Shown here in pieces: positions 61,525 to 64,000 of a DNA stretch of 64,000 nucleotides. Position 1 is the first letter of the stretch; each line of letters begins with the position of its first letter. Below the pieces are notes generated by a model. It was not told the DNA's origin. It ran no database searches and saw nothing but the letters and a program-made list of their open reading frames with translations. Source of the stretch: Negaprion brevirostris (Eukaryota); assembly GCA_030324005.1 (NCBI GenBank), contig JARDVH010000163.1, positions 84,016,467-84,080,466 of the forward strand, in the 5' to 3' direction. Position numbers and translations under genes: made by a program.

Positions 61525-62399
61525 CTGTATGTTAAGAAATATAACACAAATTTATAGCAATGCGCTGGCACTAAATCATGATTAACAATAAACTGTTGAG
61601 CTGAATAAGTCCATTAATTCTAGCACTCCATAACAATTGTTTCCACTCAAATTTGTTGCTATACTCTATACCACATGGCAATTTATGATAGTTTACAGAA
61701 GTTGAGTTAGACCTATTTGCAAATGTGGAAAATTCCCATCTCTACAGCTGCAAATATTCATTGCAACATGACACAGAGATAGGCAGATTAATAAGGCAAA
61801 AATAGTCTACAGAAAGCATCAAGATTAAATCAAGTTTGCAATCCACCAATCATCCAACTCTTCTTGACAACTGTCTACATTTTTCTAATATGCACATTTT
61901 GTGGACTGACAGAATAAGCTAATAAGCCCAAGACACACATTTTCAGGAGCAGGTTGCCTTTAAGCCAAATATGCCCACAAGAAATTCAGACATCCATCAC
62001 ATTTCTTTGCTGTCAGTACAAATCACATGGAAGTTTACATGTAGTACGTACCTACCTACACCACCCCCCCTCCCCGCAACGTTGCATTCTATCAAAAGGA
62101 ACATAGAAAATCTCAGGGAAGGCTTTGCAGTAATTACTGGCTCATTTAATTTCACCACTCCTGCAGTACACTGGTAATTTTACTTCATGAGCAGAAAGTA
62201 AAATACGCTGATTGGTCCCCACTTGACAAATTATCAAAGCTAGAACATGCTTCTCGGAGAAAAGGTTGAAAATGCTAGAACTGCACTCACAACTAGTCTA
62301 CTTGTGGCAAAATGCAGAAACATGGCTATTGTATCAAAAAGGATAAATAGGGTGGTCACAAGGACTTAAAACTAGCAAGTTGGAGGAAGGTAAGAGTAA

Positions 62400-64000
62400 A
62401 ACTATGGGAAATCTCACGGTTAGTGGAAAAAGCAGCATGTTAGCATAAAGGGAGGAGGCTTTAACTACATTGAAAATCAGGGAAAAAAAGGAGAACTCAG
62501 GAGATGTTATTAGTGGAGGTGTTAAGATTCAAAAAGATACAAAAACAAACATAAGGTCACTTTTACTGAATGCTCGTAGCATTCGGAACAAGGTAAATGA
62601 ATTGACAACACGAATCATCGTGAATGAGTAAGATTTGATGGCCAGACATCAACAGGCATGGCTTCAGGATGGTCACGACTGGGAGTTAAATATCCAGGAA
62701 TATCAGACTGTTCCAAGGACAGACTAGAAGGTAAGGGAGGTGATATAGCTCTGTTATTTAAGGATAACATCAGGGTGGTGGTGAGAGATGATATAGATTC
62801 TATGGAAAACAAGGTTGAATCCATTTGGTGGAAATTAGAAAGTGAGAAAAAGTCACTGATAGGCATAGTCTTCAATTTGCACCAAACAATATCATGGTGA
62901 GGTGAGAAATAAAAGAAACAACCGCATGTAAAACTGGTACAGCAATTATCATGGGGGATTTTAATCAACGTGTCGATTGGTCAAACCAGGTCAGTCAAGG
63001 CAGCCTTGAGGAGGAATTCATAGAATGCATTCACAATAGCTTCTTTGAACAGTATGTAATGGAACCTTCAAGGGAGCAAGCTATCCTAGATCTGGTCCTG
63101 TGTAATGAGACAGGAATAATTAATGATCTCGCAGTTAGGGATCCTCTCGGTAGGAGCGATCACAGTACGACTGAATTTAAAATACAGATGCATCGTGAGA
63201 AGGTAAAATCCAATACCAATGTCTTGTGTTTAAACAACAGAGACTACAATGGGTTAAGGAAGGAGTTGGCTACTGTAGACTGGAAGCAAAAACATTATGG
63301 TGGGACAACTGAGGAACAGTGGAGGACATTCAAAGCGCTCAGCAAAAGTATATACCAGTGATAAGGAGGACAGTAGGAAAACACATACCCAGCCACGGAT
63401 ATCTAAGGAAATAAAGGAGGGTATCAAATTGAAAGAAAATGCAAAGTGGCAAAGATTAGTGGGAAACATGAGGATTGAGAAAACTTTAAAGGTCAACAGA
63501 AGGCCACAAAAAAGTTATAAAGAAAAGAAAAAGATGGATGAGAGAAAACTAGCTCAGTATAAAAACAGACAGCAAACATTTCTACAAATATATGAAACGA
63601 AAGAGAGGCTAAAGTAAACATTGGTCCTTTAGAAGATAAGGGGGATGTAACAACTGGAAATGGCTAAAGCATTGAACAGATAATTTGGTGTCAGTCTTCA
63701 CAAAGGAAGACACAAATAACATGCCAAAAATTGATGACAAGGTGGCTATGGGAGATGAGGACCTAGAAACTGTTATCACTAAAGAGTTAGTGCTGGGCAA
63801 GCTAATGGGGCTAAAGGTAGATAAGTCTCCTGGCCCTGATGGAATATATCCCAGGGATGGCGGAGAAGTAGCAAATGCACTATTTACCAAAATTTGCTGG
63901 ACTCTGGTGACTCCCGCAGATTAGAAAACAGCAAGTTTGACGCCACTGTTTCAAAAAGGAGGTAGACAAAAGGTGGATAACTATAGACTGGTTTGCTTAA
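62400..64000 (+). mobile_element. CR1/HER1-type LINE, ORF2 endonuclease region (decayed), runs off the window; intronic and antisense to EDEM1
   Basis: APE motifs LNARSIRNK, IMGDFN, LDLVLCN and SDH; later LKVDKSPGPDGIYPR and DNYRLV. Contains stops and frameshifts. Confidence 0.9.

Overview
Eukaryotic (vertebrate) genomic DNA from a fragmented draft assembly with many N gaps. The repeat content (HE1/V-SINEs, CR1/HER1-type LINEs, a DeuSINE/SacSINE1-like family, Penelope-like elements, Harbinger remnants) points to a cartilaginous fish, most likely a shark. The only protein-coding gene I can support is the 3' part of EDEM1 on the minus strand: six coding exons between 61524 and 52774, all with GT-AG boundaries and continuous frame, then a ~2.8 kb repeat-poor 3'UTR. 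The upstream exons lie beyond the right edge of the window. Positions 1-49500 are an apparently gene-free stretch dominated by decayed transposons, and almost all ORF-track entries there are TE fragments or spurious. I found no new multi-gene system. The most interesting signals are: (1) a solo LTR inserted into an EDEM1 5' splice site, whose target-site duplication copied the donor; (2) four miR-25/92-family seed sites clustered in the distal 3'UTR; (3) an intact-looking minimal hammerhead ribozyme core in a Penelope repeat; (4) a LINE that shares both its tRNA-like 5' part and its 3' tail with a local SINE family; (5) a ~550 bp locally templated insertion inside a SINE; (6) a 72 bp spacerless palindrome in a SINE head. 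Repeat family names come from motif recognition and were not checked against a database. Repeat boundaries are approximate unless a junction is quoted.
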